From a virus, in the IMG/VR virus record IMGVR_UViG_3300034021_001440, positions 32,001 to 96,000 of that record: a stretch of 64,000 nucleotides of DNA, one strand, 5' to 3'. The first letter of the stretch is position 1. The number at the start of each line of letters is the position of its first letter. Below are positions 1 through 10,465 of this stretch, in pieces. The position numbers and the translations under genes were made by a program. Under the pieces are notes generated by a model. It worked only from the letters and a program-made list of their open reading frames with translations. It had not been told where the DNA came from and did no database searches.

Positions 1-2
1 TC

Positions 3-1202
3 TATGAGACACGGGCAGCATCGATCTACATTCAAAGTGCCTGGGTTTCTGTCAATTATCACCCCTTGAGTGCTGCTCCGCAATACTTCTTCAACCAGCT
101 GGCTTTGCGATTCTACTCCAATGGGGTGCTTCTTGCCCCCAGCGTTGACTATAACACACAGGACTATCTCATCCGGTACGTCTACAACGACGCCACTCAG
201 GAATACGATTTTACTTATACACCCTTGACGCTTGAGGGCAAAACAATGCTGCCCACGATCGAGGTGTCGGACTCACTGGAAAGCACCTATCGCAAAGACA
301 TCTCTCAGATGATCTTCGGTGGCATTGCCTATACGTTGAGTCCCGCAGTTGCTGACTCCGAGACCCCTCTGCGTCTTTGGAAAACTCAAGACCTTCAGGA
401 TGCTGGCACTGTGGCTCATTTGCTAGAAGATAACTACATCAACCCCTTGCTCGCTGACAGAAACAATGGACCTGGGCTTGAGAACTGGGAGAAATACTTC
501 ATTCGTTTACCGTTGGACTATGGTCGAAACGAAAATCAATGGGAGAAAACAGCCCTGATTTGCCAAGACTTTGGATACTGGGGATCTACTATTGAGCCTG
601 AGTTTATGCGTTGTCCCCCCGAAGATGATGCTCCGGCCATCTATGAAGAACTCTTCCTTTACAACCAGCCCATCCAAGACTACACCTACGTTTACACCGA
701 GCCATATCTGTACTCAAACATCGCCTACTTCACCAGCCCCGAGGTGGGTGACTACGAGAACGCAGGGTTCTTCCCAGCAAACGAGATTCCGTTTGACGGA
801 TTCACCGAGGGTGCTCTGATCTCCTATGACCCCCTTCACAATCGTTTGGCTGACACGGACTCTTCAGTTGGCAACGGCTACGGAGATTGGCTTGGCATCT
901 ACACGAACATTAGCCCTTGCAACCCCTTGACAGGATTCTTCATCAACGACTTGGCTGACGGTGCTCTGACTTATGTTGATGCCCCTCTTTGGGACGCCAG
1001 CATCTACAAGGCTCCTCCCACCTGTGAGCACGATCCCGGATCCTACACCGTTGACGCCAACCACTACAAGATTGGCTACGCTTATTTTGTTGCCGACGCT
1101 TCTGCGGCAGAAGACGGTTTCTTTGACCCTCAACAGCAAGCTGCCTGGAGATATCCTACGGACAAAGTTCCTTCTCTGTATCTGCTGCCCAGGGGCGGGT
1201 AA
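3..1202 (+). CDS. 5'-truncated acidic protein, probably virion structural
   Basis: Frame open from the window start; D/Y/P-rich; lies upstream of baseplate genes. Confidence 0.6.
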   Translation, partial: YETRAASIYIQSAWVSVNYHPLSAAPQYFFNQLALRFYSNGVLLAPSVDYNTQDYLIRYVYNDATQEYDFTYTPLTLEGKTMLPTIEVSDSLESTYRKDISQMIFGGIAYTLSPAVADSETPLRLWKTQDLQDAGTVAHLLEDNYINPLLADRNNGPGLENWEKYFIRLPLDYGRNENQWEKTALICQDFGYWGSTIEPEFMRCPPEDDAPAIYEELFLYNQPIQDYTYVYTEPYLYSNIAYFTSPEVGDYENAGFFPANEIPFDGFTEGALISYDPLHNRLADTDSSVGNGYGDWLGIYTNISPCNPLTGFFINDLADGALTYVDAPLWDASIYKAPPTCEHDPGSYTVDANHYKIGYAYFVADASAAEDGFFDPQQQAAWRYPTDKVPSLYLLPRGG

Positions 1203-1204
1203 AA
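1197..1204 (+). promoter_or_regulatory. GGGTAAAA box (putative late promoter)
   Basis: Recurrent motif overlapping a stop codon, 30 nt before ATG 1227. Confidence 0.7.
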
Positions 1205-1226
1205 CCAAATAGTTCAACCCACCGTT

Positions 1227-1526
1227 ATGGCTACTCGTAGAAAAACTTCTTCTGCAGGGGGATTCTCAACCGAATCTCAACCCGTTGAAGAAGAAAAAGT
1301 TGTGGAAATTACAGAACCTTCGACTCCTGAAGAACTGGAAGAAGAGATTGAAGCCATTGAAGAATTTCTGACCGAAGCAGTTGAGGAAGTGCTTGTAGAG
1401 GAAGAGGCCAAAGAGGAACCACTCGCTCCGGCTCCGGCTCCCGAAGTCAAGCACGAAAATCCTCCTCCCTCCACCACTTCTCTCGTCCGTCACCGTCGTA
1501 ACATTCCGAGATTTGTCAGGCGCTGA
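1227..1526 (+). CDS. hypothetical Glu-rich protein
   Basis: 99-aa ORF after the motif; acidic core with basic ends. Confidence 0.7.
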   Translation: MATRRKTSSAGGFSTESQPVEEEKVVEITEPSTPEELEEEIEAIEEFLTEAVEEVLVEEEAKEEPLAPAPAPEVKHENPPPSTTSLVRHRRNIPRFVRR

Positions 1527-1528
1527 TT

Positions 1529-2344
1529 ATGCTCAAACCGAAGGGACGTAATCTACCGATCGTCAAACAACTGGCTGCGATGCAGCAGGCGTCCGAGTTC
1601 AATATGAAGTACGCTGGTTTGCCAGAGTCTTCTGTTCGCGGCACGATCTATGACGTTGACGATCCTGAAAACCGGGGTCGCGTTCGGGTCCTTTTCGACG
1701 ACTTCAATGCCAATGTGCCCGAAGTCCAGAACGCAGGTGAGTCCTCCGGCAAACGTATTCAAGAAGGTGAACCGCAACTGTCTCACTGGATTGACACGAT
1801 GCCGTCATTCAAGGGAAGACAACCCAAAGGAATGATTGGCAAACGGGTCGGCATCACGATCACGAACCGGCAGTTTCAGTATGCGATTCTCTCGGACGTT
1901 ATCTACGACCCGGAAACTCTTGTCAATGACGCTGCAAAGGGACTGAAGCAGCCAAATAACAGCTCAATGACTCGGCTGCCCGTGTATGACTCCGGGCAAC
2001 TGCCGCCACCGTGCGAAGAAAACCACGGCTGCACAGTGATTGAGAACGACGGCCCACTTCAGTCCGACTGGCTCTGTGTTTGCTTGAAAAGAAACGGAGA
2101 GTATATGTGGGTTCGTCACATTGACGTGTCCCACGGGCACGCAGGACAGAACGACAGCTCACAGCCTCCTGACAACGAGGTTGACAACGAGCAACCGGTC
2201 AACAACCAAACCATTTGGGACTACACGTTCCCCACAACGGCAGGAGAGATGGCAAAAAGAACCAACTATGGGGCAAGTCCCCGCCCCAATCCCTTTGGGG
2301 ACCAGGCGGGTTGGGTTGGACCCGCACCGTCGACGGAGGCATAA
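1529..2344 (+). CDS. baseplate spike/hub protein, gp5/gpV-like OB-fold N-terminus
   Basis: RGTIYDVDDPENRGRVRV resembles the gp5/gpV N-terminal signature. Confidence 0.65.
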   Translation: MLKPKGRNLPIVKQLAAMQQASEFNMKYAGLPESSVRGTIYDVDDPENRGRVRVLFDDFNANVPEVQNAGESSGKRIQEGEPQLSHWIDTMPSFKGRQPKGMIGKRVGITITNRQFQYAILSDVIYDPETLVNDAAKGLKQPNNSSMTRLPVYDSGQLPPPCEENHGCTVIENDGPLQSDWLCVCLKRNGEYMWVRHIDVSHGHAGQNDSSQPPDNEVDNEQPVNNQTIWDYTFPTTAGEMAKRTNYGASPRPNPFGDQAGWVGPAPSTEA

Positions 2345-2347
2345 ACA

Positions 2348-2716
2348 ATGGCAATAGGATACCCCGACGCTGACTACGCAGCACCACCCGACTACTCGGT
2401 GGAGTCAGGAACAAACTGCGGAAATGCCAAACCTGCCCAGTTCTGGCAAGGTGGCAACTTTTGCGGAGACGTAGAAATCAATACGAATCTCACCGTTGGT
2501 GAAAACATCACAGCAACGACCGGTCTGATTGGCAAAGCCCAGTTCACTCAAACGGAAACCCTTGTCAGCGTGCCGGTGACGATTGACGCCAACACAATTG
2601 TCAGAGGGCGCCTCATCACCAACGAGCTGGAAGTCCAAGAGATTGAGTTTCGTGCGGTACGCCTTCCACTTTTTGACAACTACTACGTCTTGGCCTCCTA
2701 CATTCCACCAAGCTAA
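2348..2716 (+). CDS. putative baseplate spike-associated beta-rich protein
   Basis: GDVEINTNLTVGENITAT beta repeats; follows the gp5-like gene. Confidence 0.45.
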   Translation: MAIGYPDADYAAPPDYSVESGTNCGNAKPAQFWQGGNFCGDVEINTNLTVGENITATTGLIGKAQFTQTETLVSVPVTIDANTIVRGRLITNELEVQEIEFRAVRLPLFDNYYVLASYIPPS

Positions 2717-3546
2717 TGGCAATTCGTAGACCGAGCATCTATTCCCCGACGTGGGTCTATCAGGATTTCCTCTACATGGACAATCCTCCAGAGCAACTGC
2801 GTTATCTCCAGGTCAAGTGGGACGGGCAAGTCTACCAAAGAATTTCCGAAACTTTTGACTACAGCAATCCCCCCTACCCTGACATTGAGCAGAAGGGAGG
2901 AGACATCGTTGCGCAAATTGACTACACAATCAGTGGAAAACTGATTACAATCAACGACTGGAACGTTGACTGGCGCGACGAGTGGCCGTTGAGGCAAGCT
3001 GTCAACTACTTGATCAACTGCTTGTACATGCCTGAGAAAGGGTATGTCATTCGCGTTCGTGGGAAAGAAGTTTACAACCAAGCAGGAGAAGCGATTCAGG
3101 TTGCTGACAAAGAGCCGATCGCTTTCTGGGTGTCCGAAACGTTCAAGCCTCTGGACAACGCCCCCAATGACTATCTGGTCCGCTTTGGTGCTCCCGACAC
3201 ACCCCAACCTTATGCAATAAAGTACCAGTTTGCCGCTTCTGTTCAAACGCTGGTAAACGGGGCACAAATTGTCGCAGTTGTACAACCATTCAACCTGCCA
3301 GCTGCTGAAACCTTGTTCTGGGAAGTTGTTGGAGACGAAGTAAACGCAGCATATCTCCTTCAAGGGCCAACCACTGGCTCGGTGCTGATCGACGAAGACC
3401 CGACCTATTTCAACATCCCTTTGACCTACCCAGTGCCGGTGGTTCCGCAAGGTCCCCCGTACATGCTCAACATCAACTTCTATGCCGAGGCCAACAGGCT
3501 GGTTCCCGTTGGGTCAACAACGGTTGAAGTTCCTTCGCTCCCCTGA
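2716..3546 (+). CDS. hypothetical virion protein with C-terminal Ig-like module
   Basis: TLFWEVVG..TGSVLI resembles TLYWELGG..TGSVTI at the end of the 28843 fibre; TAATG coupling. Confidence 0.55.
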   Translation: MAIRRPSIYSPTWVYQDFLYMDNPPEQLRYLQVKWDGQVYQRISETFDYSNPPYPDIEQKGGDIVAQIDYTISGKLITINDWNVDWRDEWPLRQAVNYLINCLYMPEKGYVIRVRGKEVYNQAGEAIQVADKEPIAFWVSETFKPLDNAPNDYLVRFGAPDTPQPYAIKYQFAASVQTLVNGAQIVAVVQPFNLPAAETLFWEVVGDEVNAAYLLQGPTTGSVLIDEDPTYFNIPLTYPVPVVPQGPPYMLNINFYAEANRLVPVGSTTVEVPSLP

Positions 3547-3548
3547 CC

Positions 3549-3556
3549 GGGTAAAA
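3549..3556 (+). promoter_or_regulatory. GGGTAAAA box
   Basis: 30 nt before GTG 3579. Confidence 0.7.
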
Positions 3557-3578
3557 CCTTTGAAAAGGTCGTAGTATT

Positions 3579-4658
3579 GTGGCAATTCCGCAGGTAAAAG
3601 AGATCACGGTGCCAACCCCGATGTCCATCATCGTGTGGTTTGACGGGCCGCTTGACACAAACGTCATTGTGCCCGTAGAATCTTTCACCGTCAACTACGG
3701 CCAGTACGGTGTGTCAACGATCAACTACTCGTCTGACACGATGCTGACCCTGGGGCTAGATAGTGCTCTGTCGCCCTGGGACGAAGTTTTCATCTCTTAT
3801 GAGCCGCCGTTGGACCTGGCTCGTTGCCTGCGTGGCCCTGTGCCCCCGACGGCAAATGACGTGGTTCGAAAGCGAAATGCCGTTCGTGCGTTCTATCGCG
3901 TTCCAGCCCGCAACATGCTGGCTCCCGACGAACTGAAAGACGGCACTCGGACGCAAGCCAACCTCGGTCAGACAATCGGTGGGTATGGATTTCCATACCA
4001 AAACAGAAGTGGCACCCTGACGGAGCACAAGTCGGATCCTCGCTCTGCGAGCCCAGACGACTTCATCGTTGCCTATGGCTTGAAAGAAGCCATTCAGCTC
4101 ACGAACATTGACGATGCTGCTGCGACCTCGGTCAACGTGGCAAAACTGCGCATGGCTATTCAAGATGCCAACGCACTGATTGACAGCTATATTGAACAAA
4201 GCGGCAAAGCAGGCATGGTGCTCATCACGAGCAACCGTCGCCGCACCGCTCTCATCGTTGCTCGCTACTTCCTTGACACCGTTCGCCGCCGTGAGGATGT
4301 AAAGTCAGACTACGAGGTGGCGCTGAAACAAATGCAGGCGGAAATGGCAATGACTGCCATTCGCGCTGGCAACGGCGACTCAGCGATCGACACCCCGGCA
4401 GGCATCATGCGGGCGTGGCGCATTCCTCAACGCTATAACATGGTTTCGGGCAAAGGGTTGTCTGGTTGGACGACCGATACCGGAGGAGACCAAGCACCTG
4501 ACTATAGACAGGGATGGGGTGCAATTGGGCAGAACGACGACTTCCCGAACTGGATCACGGGCGACAACTATTTGGAACTGACCGGTGGAACTCCGCAGAT
4601 TGTGGAGCCGACAGACGCAGGTGGATTCACCTACGACAACGGCGGTTGGATCAACTAA
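3579..4658 (+). CDS. head-tail connector (Mu gp36/DUF1320-like) with N-terminal SwmB-like Ig domain
   Basis: IQLTN..AIQDANALIDSYI..IVARYFL..DVKSDYEVAL is gp36-like; IIVWFDGPLD..FTV..LTLGL..VFISYEPP is SwmB-like. Confidence 0.65.
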   Translation: MAIPQVKEITVPTPMSIIVWFDGPLDTNVIVPVESFTVNYGQYGVSTINYSSDTMLTLGLDSALSPWDEVFISYEPPLDLARCLRGPVPPTANDVVRKRNAVRAFYRVPARNMLAPDELKDGTRTQANLGQTIGGYGFPYQNRSGTLTEHKSDPRSASPDDFIVAYGLKEAIQLTNIDDAAATSVNVAKLRMAIQDANALIDSYIEQSGKAGMVLITSNRRRTALIVARYFLDTVRRREDVKSDYEVALKQMQAEMAMTAIRAGNGDSAIDTPAGIMRAWRIPQRYNMVSGKGLSGWTTDTGGDQAPDYRQGWGAIGQNDDFPNWITGDNYLELTGGTPQIVEPTDAGGFTYDNGGWIN

Positions 4659-4666
4659 GGGTAAAA
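4659..4666 (+). promoter_or_regulatory. GGGTAAAA box
   Basis: 34 nt before ATG 4693. Confidence 0.7.
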
Positions 4667-4692
4667 GCAGCTATAACAATAGCCGACAAAAA

Positions 4693-5163
4693 ATGGCTTA
4701 TTCCTTCCCGCCTAGTCCAACGGTGGGACAAGTATATACCTCGAATGGTAGGACCTGGAAGTGGAACGGCGTCCAATGGACCGCAGTAGCCGTTTCCTCC
4801 CCGACCTCGGCACCGGTGTATGTAAGTGTCTCACCCCCGCCCAATCCCATTCAAGGTTCGCTGTGGTACGACAGTAATAACTCGAATCTGAATATCTGGT
4901 ACACTGATCTCAACGGGGGTCAGTGGGTATCGGTGGTGCCGTACCCTCAGGATAACATTACACAAAACGGCGGTGTATTTGAAGGGCCAATCTACGCTCA
5001 ATACGAAATTCCAAATAATCCTGCCGCGTTCATCACGGTGCAGTGGTTCGACGACCATCTTGTGGGATACCTCATTGAGGAAGGATACATGCGTGCCGGC
5101 AACGGCGTCACCATTGATTCCAATGGTCAAATTGTAGCATTAGACTCAGGACTTATCGTTTAG
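4693..5163 (+). CDS. short tail fibre/adaptor protein
   Basis: Start revised to MAYSFPPSPTVGQVY; GSLWYDS..QWV module typical of cyanophage fibres. Confidence 0.65.
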   Translation: MAYSFPPSPTVGQVYTSNGRTWKWNGVQWTAVAVSSPTSAPVYVSVSPPPNPIQGSLWYDSNNSNLNIWYTDLNGGQWVSVVPYPQDNITQNGGVFEGPIYAQYEIPNNPAAFITVQWFDDHLVGYLIEEGYMRAGNGVTIDSNGQIVALDSGLIV

Positions 5164-5167
5164 AACC

Positions 5168-8100
5168 ATGACAGTAACCGTTCAAAACCTTCGCTCATTT
5201 GTTTCCGGCACCGAACCTGATTCACTGCTGCCCGGACAACTGTGCTACAATATGGCCGACCGCATCGTGTATGTCGGTGACGGGTCAAGTGATAAAACGA
5301 ACTTCGACGGCACCACGACTCCCGGCGTTGCCGGCAGTGGCTGGTTTGCCATGCCGATGGACTTTGACAGCCTCAAAGATTACTTTGTTGCCAACCCTAC
5401 TTTCTACGGAGACATTCCCACCGACGGTCAGGTCGTGTCTTGGAGCACGGCACTCAACCATCCCGTCTGGACCACTGGCGGTGGCGGTGGCGGTGGCCAA
5501 GTCTATACGACCACAAACGGCGCTGTGGCCGTGGCCGGTGGCGCAACAATCAGTGAAAAGATTTCGAATGCGATTGGTGTCGCGTCTCCCGACGAAGGCG
5601 ATGCCGTAATCGTTACAGGCACTCCTGGCGAGGTTTATCAGGGGCTGTATCTTTTCACAACCGAGTGGGTTCGGGCAGCCTACTACGCCTATCCGAACGC
5701 TTCGAGCGTCCCCTACAGCAACACCATCAGCGGTCTTTCGGCAATCACCGTTCAGCAAGGTATCGATGAGCTGGACGTTCTTGTCACCGCTGCCCAGTCG
5801 ACAGCAAACACCGCTGTAGCCAACGCTGCTGCTGCCCAGGCTCTGGCCAATGCCGCGCTGCCTCGTTCTGGCGGCACAATGACCGGCACGATCAACTTTG
5901 CCACTGGTCAGCTGTTCCCGGTCTCAGGCATCCAAGATTCCTCCTCCTCGCAAAAAGGCGTGGTTCAAGGGGGTGCCAACATGATCTACACCTCGGCGGG
6001 TGTGATCGACGTTCGCGCAGCGAGCACTACCAATCCCGGTGTAGTTCAACTCGTCAACTCCACAAGCAATACTTCAACCTCTCTGGCTCCGACCGCCGCT
6101 GCAGTTTCTGATTTGCAAGACCAGATCAATGGTCTGACCGTTGCTTCAAACGTCATTCTTGCCGGTACTTTGGATTGCGCCGCCGGTCTAGTTGACTCGG
6201 TGACTTCTGACGGTACAGCCGCTGGTTTTACAGTTGCCTCTCCCCTGCCTTCGGCTGTGGGTCGTGCTGACTACTATGTAATCGTTTCTGACGCTGGCTC
6301 CTACAACCCCCCTGGCGGCGGTGGCCCATACAACGCTCAAGCCGGTGACTGGTTCCTCTCAAACGGTGCGACTTGGCAGTATCTTGGTGTGGGTGCTCGT
6401 CCGACCTATGCAACCACGAGTGTTGCCGGTATCGTTCAACTTTCTGACAACGCTGCAACTCAGTCCGGTGCCAGTGCGATTCTGGCTGTCACACCGTCTA
6501 CTTTGCAAAGCAAAGTTTCTGACAGCGTTTCAACCACTTCCTCCACATTCATTGCTTCGAGCACGGCAGTCAAAGCCGCCTATGATCAGGGCGTTCTTGC
6601 CCAGACCTCCTCAATTCCCAAGACCACGGTTGCTACCAAAGGCAGCATCATCACCGCCAGCGCCGCAAACACCCCGGTCGGCCTCCCTGTGGGAGCAAAC
6701 GGGTACATCCTGGCCGCAAACTCGGCAACCGCCACTGGTCTGGAATGGGTCCCCGACAGCGCCGGAGACGTGACATCGGTCACAGGGACTGCTCCAATCA
6801 CAGTCAATAACTTCAACCCGCAGACTCCCATCGTTGGAATCAGCGCAGCAACCGGCGCTTCTCTCGGTGCGGTTCAAGTCGGAACCAACATCGACGTCTC
6901 TTCTGGCACAATCAGCGTCAAGAGTGCAACCACAGGACAAGCAGGCGTGGTTCAGCTGGAAGACACCACTTCCTCAACCTCTTCGGTTCTTGCCCTGACA
7001 GCCAACCAAGGCTATGTTCTGCAGCAGCAGATCAATGCCCTGGCAGTGAGCAACAACATCACTCTGGCTGGCACCATTGACGGCAACACTGGCTTCATGC
7101 TGACGGTGACAACCGAAGGAACGGCCAAAGGATTTGTAGTCGGCTCCCCGATGCCTGCCCCCGTGGCCGGAAACTCGGAGTATTTCACCATCGTCACGGT
7201 GCCAGGCACGATGACTCCTCCGGGCGGTTCGGCTCAGCTTGTGAACGACGGCGACTGGTGGCTCTCGAACGGCACAGCTTGGCAGTATCTCTCGGTGGGA
7301 TACTCTGCACCATACGCCACGACGGCAATCCCGGGGGTCGTCCAACTGGCAACCGATGCCGAGGTTCAGGCGGGAGTGGAAACTACCCACGCTGTGGTGC
7401 CTTCGGCTCTGCAAAGCAAGATGTCAGACTCGGCAACCACAACGTCAAGCACGACGATTGCTTCGAGTACGGCTGTCAAAACTGCCTATGACCTGGCTGA
7501 CGCTGCCATCCCTGACGCCACGATCACGGCAAAAGGTGATTTGATTGCAGGAACTGCATCTGCCGCCTATGCTGCCCTGCCTGTGGGAACTGCCGGTCAG
7601 TTCCTGTCAGTGAACGCTGCTTGCGCCACTGGACTGGAGTGGTGCACAATTTCTCTGGCTTGTGTGCCTTGCAGTGCATACACCGCCGTCGGTACGATCC
7701 TGGCCGGCACTGGTGCAGGCACCTATTGCTCGCTCCCCGTTGGAACAAACGGTCAGATTCTTGTTCCCAACTCTGCCTGCGCTGCTGGCGTTGAGTGGGT
7801 TACCCGTACCTCCCTCAATATTTGCGGATACACCTGCACAGCAACTCCATTCAATACCGCTCTTGGTGCCAATGCCGGTGATAGTATCATTTCAGGCACC
7901 AACAACACCAACGTCGGCTGGAACGCAGGTACAGCACTGACCATTGGTGGTGGTAACACCTTCGTGGGTTCTTGTGCTGGTGATTCCGCTATCACAGCTG
8001 ATAACTCAGTCGCTGTTGGCCTCAGTGCTCTGACTAGCGCTGTTACCGCGAACGGAACTGTCGCCATTGGCTCCGGTGCCCTTGCCTCTATGACATCAGG

Positions 8101-10387
8101 TGCCGGAAACGTCGGCATTGGTTATCAGGCTCTTGACACGCTTATTACAGGTGGATGCAACACTGCTGTTGGATTCCAAACCGGAACGAACGTCGCCACC
8201 AACGTTAGTGGAAACACCCTGATTGGTTATCAGGCTGGACTCAACACCTCCACTGGCGGTCAGAACACCTTCGTTGGTAACGCAGCTGGTTCCTCTGTGA
8301 CCACTGGCGCCAACAACACCATCCTTGGTAACTACGTTGGAACTGCTGCTCTTACAAGCAACGTGGTTCTGTCTGACGGTGCCGGAAACCGACGGTTCCA
8401 GGCCAACTCTTCTGGTGCTTGGTCCTATGACGGCACCAGCTTTGGTACTTCGGGTCAGTTTCTGGCTTCCCAAGGTTCCGGGTCGACTCCTGTCTGGTGC
8501 ACTCTGTCTCTTGCTTGCATCCCTTGCTCCGCCTTTACTGCTGCTGGACAACTTCTGGCAGGAACCGGTTCAAGCACCTTCACGGCTTTCACGGTCGGTA
8601 CGAATGGTCAGTTCCTTTCGGCAAATTCGGCTTGTTCTGCAGGGCTCGAGTGGTGCACCCTGTCTTTGGCTTGCGTACCTTGTTCTGCCTTTACCGCTGC
8701 TGGCCAGCTATTGGCTGGTACTGGTACAAGTACCTTCGCTGCTCTCACAGTTGGTAGCAACAACCAAATCCTGGTTGCCGACAGCGCTTGCACTGGTGGT
8801 TTGAAGTGGTTTACGTCTCCAGGCGCATTCTTCTGCGGGTACACCTGCACAGCATCACCTTTCAATACCGCAATCGGCGCTAACGCTGGTGACAGTATCA
8901 CTTCTGGCACTGACAACGTGACCCTTGGCTACAACGCTGGCACCGCGATTACGACAGGCAGTCAGAATGTTGTTATTGGCAGTGGAGCAGCTGTATCCTC
9001 AAACTCCGTTGGCGTAGTTACCATCGGATTCTGTTCCGGTCAAGCATTGACTACGGCCGGATGCGTTACCCACATCGGCTTTATCTCTGGTCGCAATTCT
9101 ACCGGCCCAAGCAACACTTACGTGGGTGCTCTGACCGGTTGTGCCGCTTCGAATACTTCTGCCTGTGGCACCTTACTCGGCTTCTGTGCTGGTTCGGCGC
9201 TAACGACCGGCAACGGTAACATTTTCGTTGGTTTCCAGTCAGGCCGTAATGTAAATAGCGGCGCCAACAACGTTGCCATCGGTACTGCTGCCTTCCAGAC
9301 TGCAACCACAGCTACTAACAACGTCGCTGTTGGTTGTGGCGCTCTGTCAGGTCTCTCCACTTCCTCAGGTAACACCGCTCTGGGTCACCGTGCGATGCTC
9401 AATGCTTCGACGGCGGCGAACAACGTTGCGATTGGTTGCAACGCAGGTGAACAACTCTCAACCGGATCGAACAACGTTTTAATCGGGGACAGCGCCGGAG
9501 ACACAATTACAACGGGTACTCAAAACACCTTCGTCGGTTCTGGCTCTGGTGGTTTGGTTGCTACTACCTCAGAGGGCAACACGGGCCTTGGTTTCAGTGC
9601 CTTGGGTCAAGGTGTTACGTCGGGTGCTTACAACGTTGCTATCGGCAACAGCGCTGGCTTGTCAGTGACTTCCGGTGCCCTTAATACTCTTGTCGGCTAC
9701 ACTGCTGGCCAGGCCATCACAACTGGCGGTAGCAACACACTGGTGGGTCGTTACGTCGGTACATCTACGCTGTCTAACAACGTCGTTCTATCCGACGGTG
9801 CTGGCGCCATTCGCTTCCAGTCCAACTCTTCAGGCGCTATCAGCCTGGGCGCTGGCGGCGCTTACGGTACGGCGGGTCAGATTCTCGTCTCCAATGGTTC
9901 TGGTGCTGCACCCACTTGGACCAGCTCTGGCACAGCTTCTGCCAACTACGGATCTTTTGTTCGCACAACAACTCAAACAAACGCAGGTGGTGCCAGCGGT
10001 AACGCAGTTTCGTACGACACCACAAGTTCGGCAAATAACTTCTCGATTGTGAGTGGGTCTCGGATCACGGCGGCGGTGGCTGGAACCTACCAGATTTTGG
10101 CCAGTTTGCAGGTTCAAAAAACGGATGCTGGCACAGATGATGTCAACTTCTGGGTCAAAAAGAACGGTGTCAACGAACCGAACTCCGCTTACAACCTGAC
10201 TCTCCAAGGAAGCAACGCTGCGCAACTCGGTTACATCAACTGGGTGGTTACTCTGGCCGCTGGTGATTATGTGGAACTGTGGTGGTACTCCGCTGACGCT
10301 AATGCTCGTCTTCTGGCCGACCCCGCTGTTGCCCCCTACCCTGCTGTGCCCGCTTCAGGGTTCATTATTCACCCGATGGGCGCCTAA
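5168..10387 (+). CDS. long tail fibre (1739 aa) with Cys-rich NTAxG repeats and C1q/BclA-like C-terminus
   Basis: ALPRSGGTMTG, ATTxxxGxVQL, KGDLIxG modules, NTAxGxxAG repeats. Confidence 0.85.
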   Translation: MTVTVQNLRSFVSGTEPDSLLPGQLCYNMADRIVYVGDGSSDKTNFDGTTTPGVAGSGWFAMPMDFDSLKDYFVANPTFYGDIPTDGQVVSWSTALNHPVWTTGGGGGGGQVYTTTNGAVAVAGGATISEKISNAIGVASPDEGDAVIVTGTPGEVYQGLYLFTTEWVRAAYYAYPNASSVPYSNTISGLSAITVQQGIDELDVLVTAAQSTANTAVANAAAAQALANAALPRSGGTMTGTINFATGQLFPVSGIQDSSSSQKGVVQGGANMIYTSAGVIDVRAASTTNPGVVQLVNSTSNTSTSLAPTAAAVSDLQDQINGLTVASNVILAGTLDCAAGLVDSVTSDGTAAGFTVASPLPSAVGRADYYVIVSDAGSYNPPGGGGPYNAQAGDWFLSNGATWQYLGVGARPTYATTSVAGIVQLSDNAATQSGASAILAVTPSTLQSKVSDSVSTTSSTFIASSTAVKAAYDQGVLAQTSSIPKTTVATKGSIITASAANTPVGLPVGANGYILAANSATATGLEWVPDSAGDVTSVTGTAPITVNNFNPQTPIVGISAATGASLGAVQVGTNIDVSSGTISVKSATTGQAGVVQLEDTTSSTSSVLALTANQGYVLQQQINALAVSNNITLAGTIDGNTGFMLTVTTEGTAKGFVVGSPMPAPVAGNSEYFTIVTVPGTMTPPGGSAQLVNDGDWWLSNGTAWQYLSVGYSAPYATTAIPGVVQLATDAEVQAGVETTHAVVPSALQSKMSDSATTTSSTTIASSTAVKTAYDLADAAIPDATITAKGDLIAGTASAAYAALPVGTAGQFLSVNAACATGLEWCTISLACVPCSAYTAVGTILAGTGAGTYCSLPVGTNGQILVPNSACAAGVEWVTRTSLNICGYTCTATPFNTALGANAGDSIISGTNNTNVGWNAGTALTIGGGNTFVGSCAGDSAITADNSVAVGLSALTSAVTANGTVAIGSGALASMTSGAGNVGIGYQALDTLITGGCNTAVGFQTGTNVATNVSGNTLIGYQAGLNTSTGGQNTFVGNAAGSSVTTGANNTILGNYVGTAALTSNVVLSDGAGNRRFQANSSGAWSYDGTSFGTSGQFLASQGSGSTPVWCTLSLACIPCSAFTAAGQLLAGTGSSTFTAFTVGTNGQFLSANSACSAGLEWCTLSLACVPCSAFTAAGQLLAGTGTSTFAALTVGSNNQILVADSACTGGLKWFTSPGAFFCGYTCTASPFNTAIGANAGDSITSGTDNVTLGYNAGTAITTGSQNVVIGSGAAVSSNSVGVVTIGFCSGQALTTAGCVTHIGFISGRNSTGPSNTYVGALTGCAASNTSACGTLLGFCAGSALTTGNGNIFVGFQSGRNVNSGANNVAIGTAAFQTATTATNNVAVGCGALSGLSTSSGNTALGHRAMLNASTAANNVAIGCNAGEQLSTGSNNVLIGDSAGDTITTGTQNTFVGSGSGGLVATTSEGNTGLGFSALGQGVTSGAYNVAIGNSAGLSVTSGALNTLVGYTAGQAITTGGSNTLVGRYVGTSTLSNNVVLSDGAGAIRFQSNSSGAISLGAGGAYGTAGQILVSNGSGAAPTWTSSGTASANYGSFVRTTTQTNAGGASGNAVSYDTTSSANNFSIVSGSRITAAVAGTYQILASLQVQKTDAGTDDVNFWVKKNGVNEPNSAYNLTLQGSNAAQLGYINWVVTLAAGDYVELWWYSADANARLLADPAVAPYPAVPASGFIIHPMGA

Positions 10388-10398
10388 CTCGTCTCACT

Positions 10399-10424
10399 GG
10401 GCACCTTCGGGTGCCCTTTGTTTT
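10399..10424 (+). terminator. intrinsic terminator
   Basis: GGGCACC-TTCG-GGTGCCC followed by TTTGTTTT. Confidence 0.85.
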
Positions 10425-10437
10425 GCTTTACAGAACC

Positions 10438-10445
10438 GGGTAAAA
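10438..10445 (+). promoter_or_regulatory. GGGTAAAA box
   Basis: 28 nt before ATG 10466. Confidence 0.7.
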
Positions 10446-10465
10446 CCACACAGGAGGATAACCGA

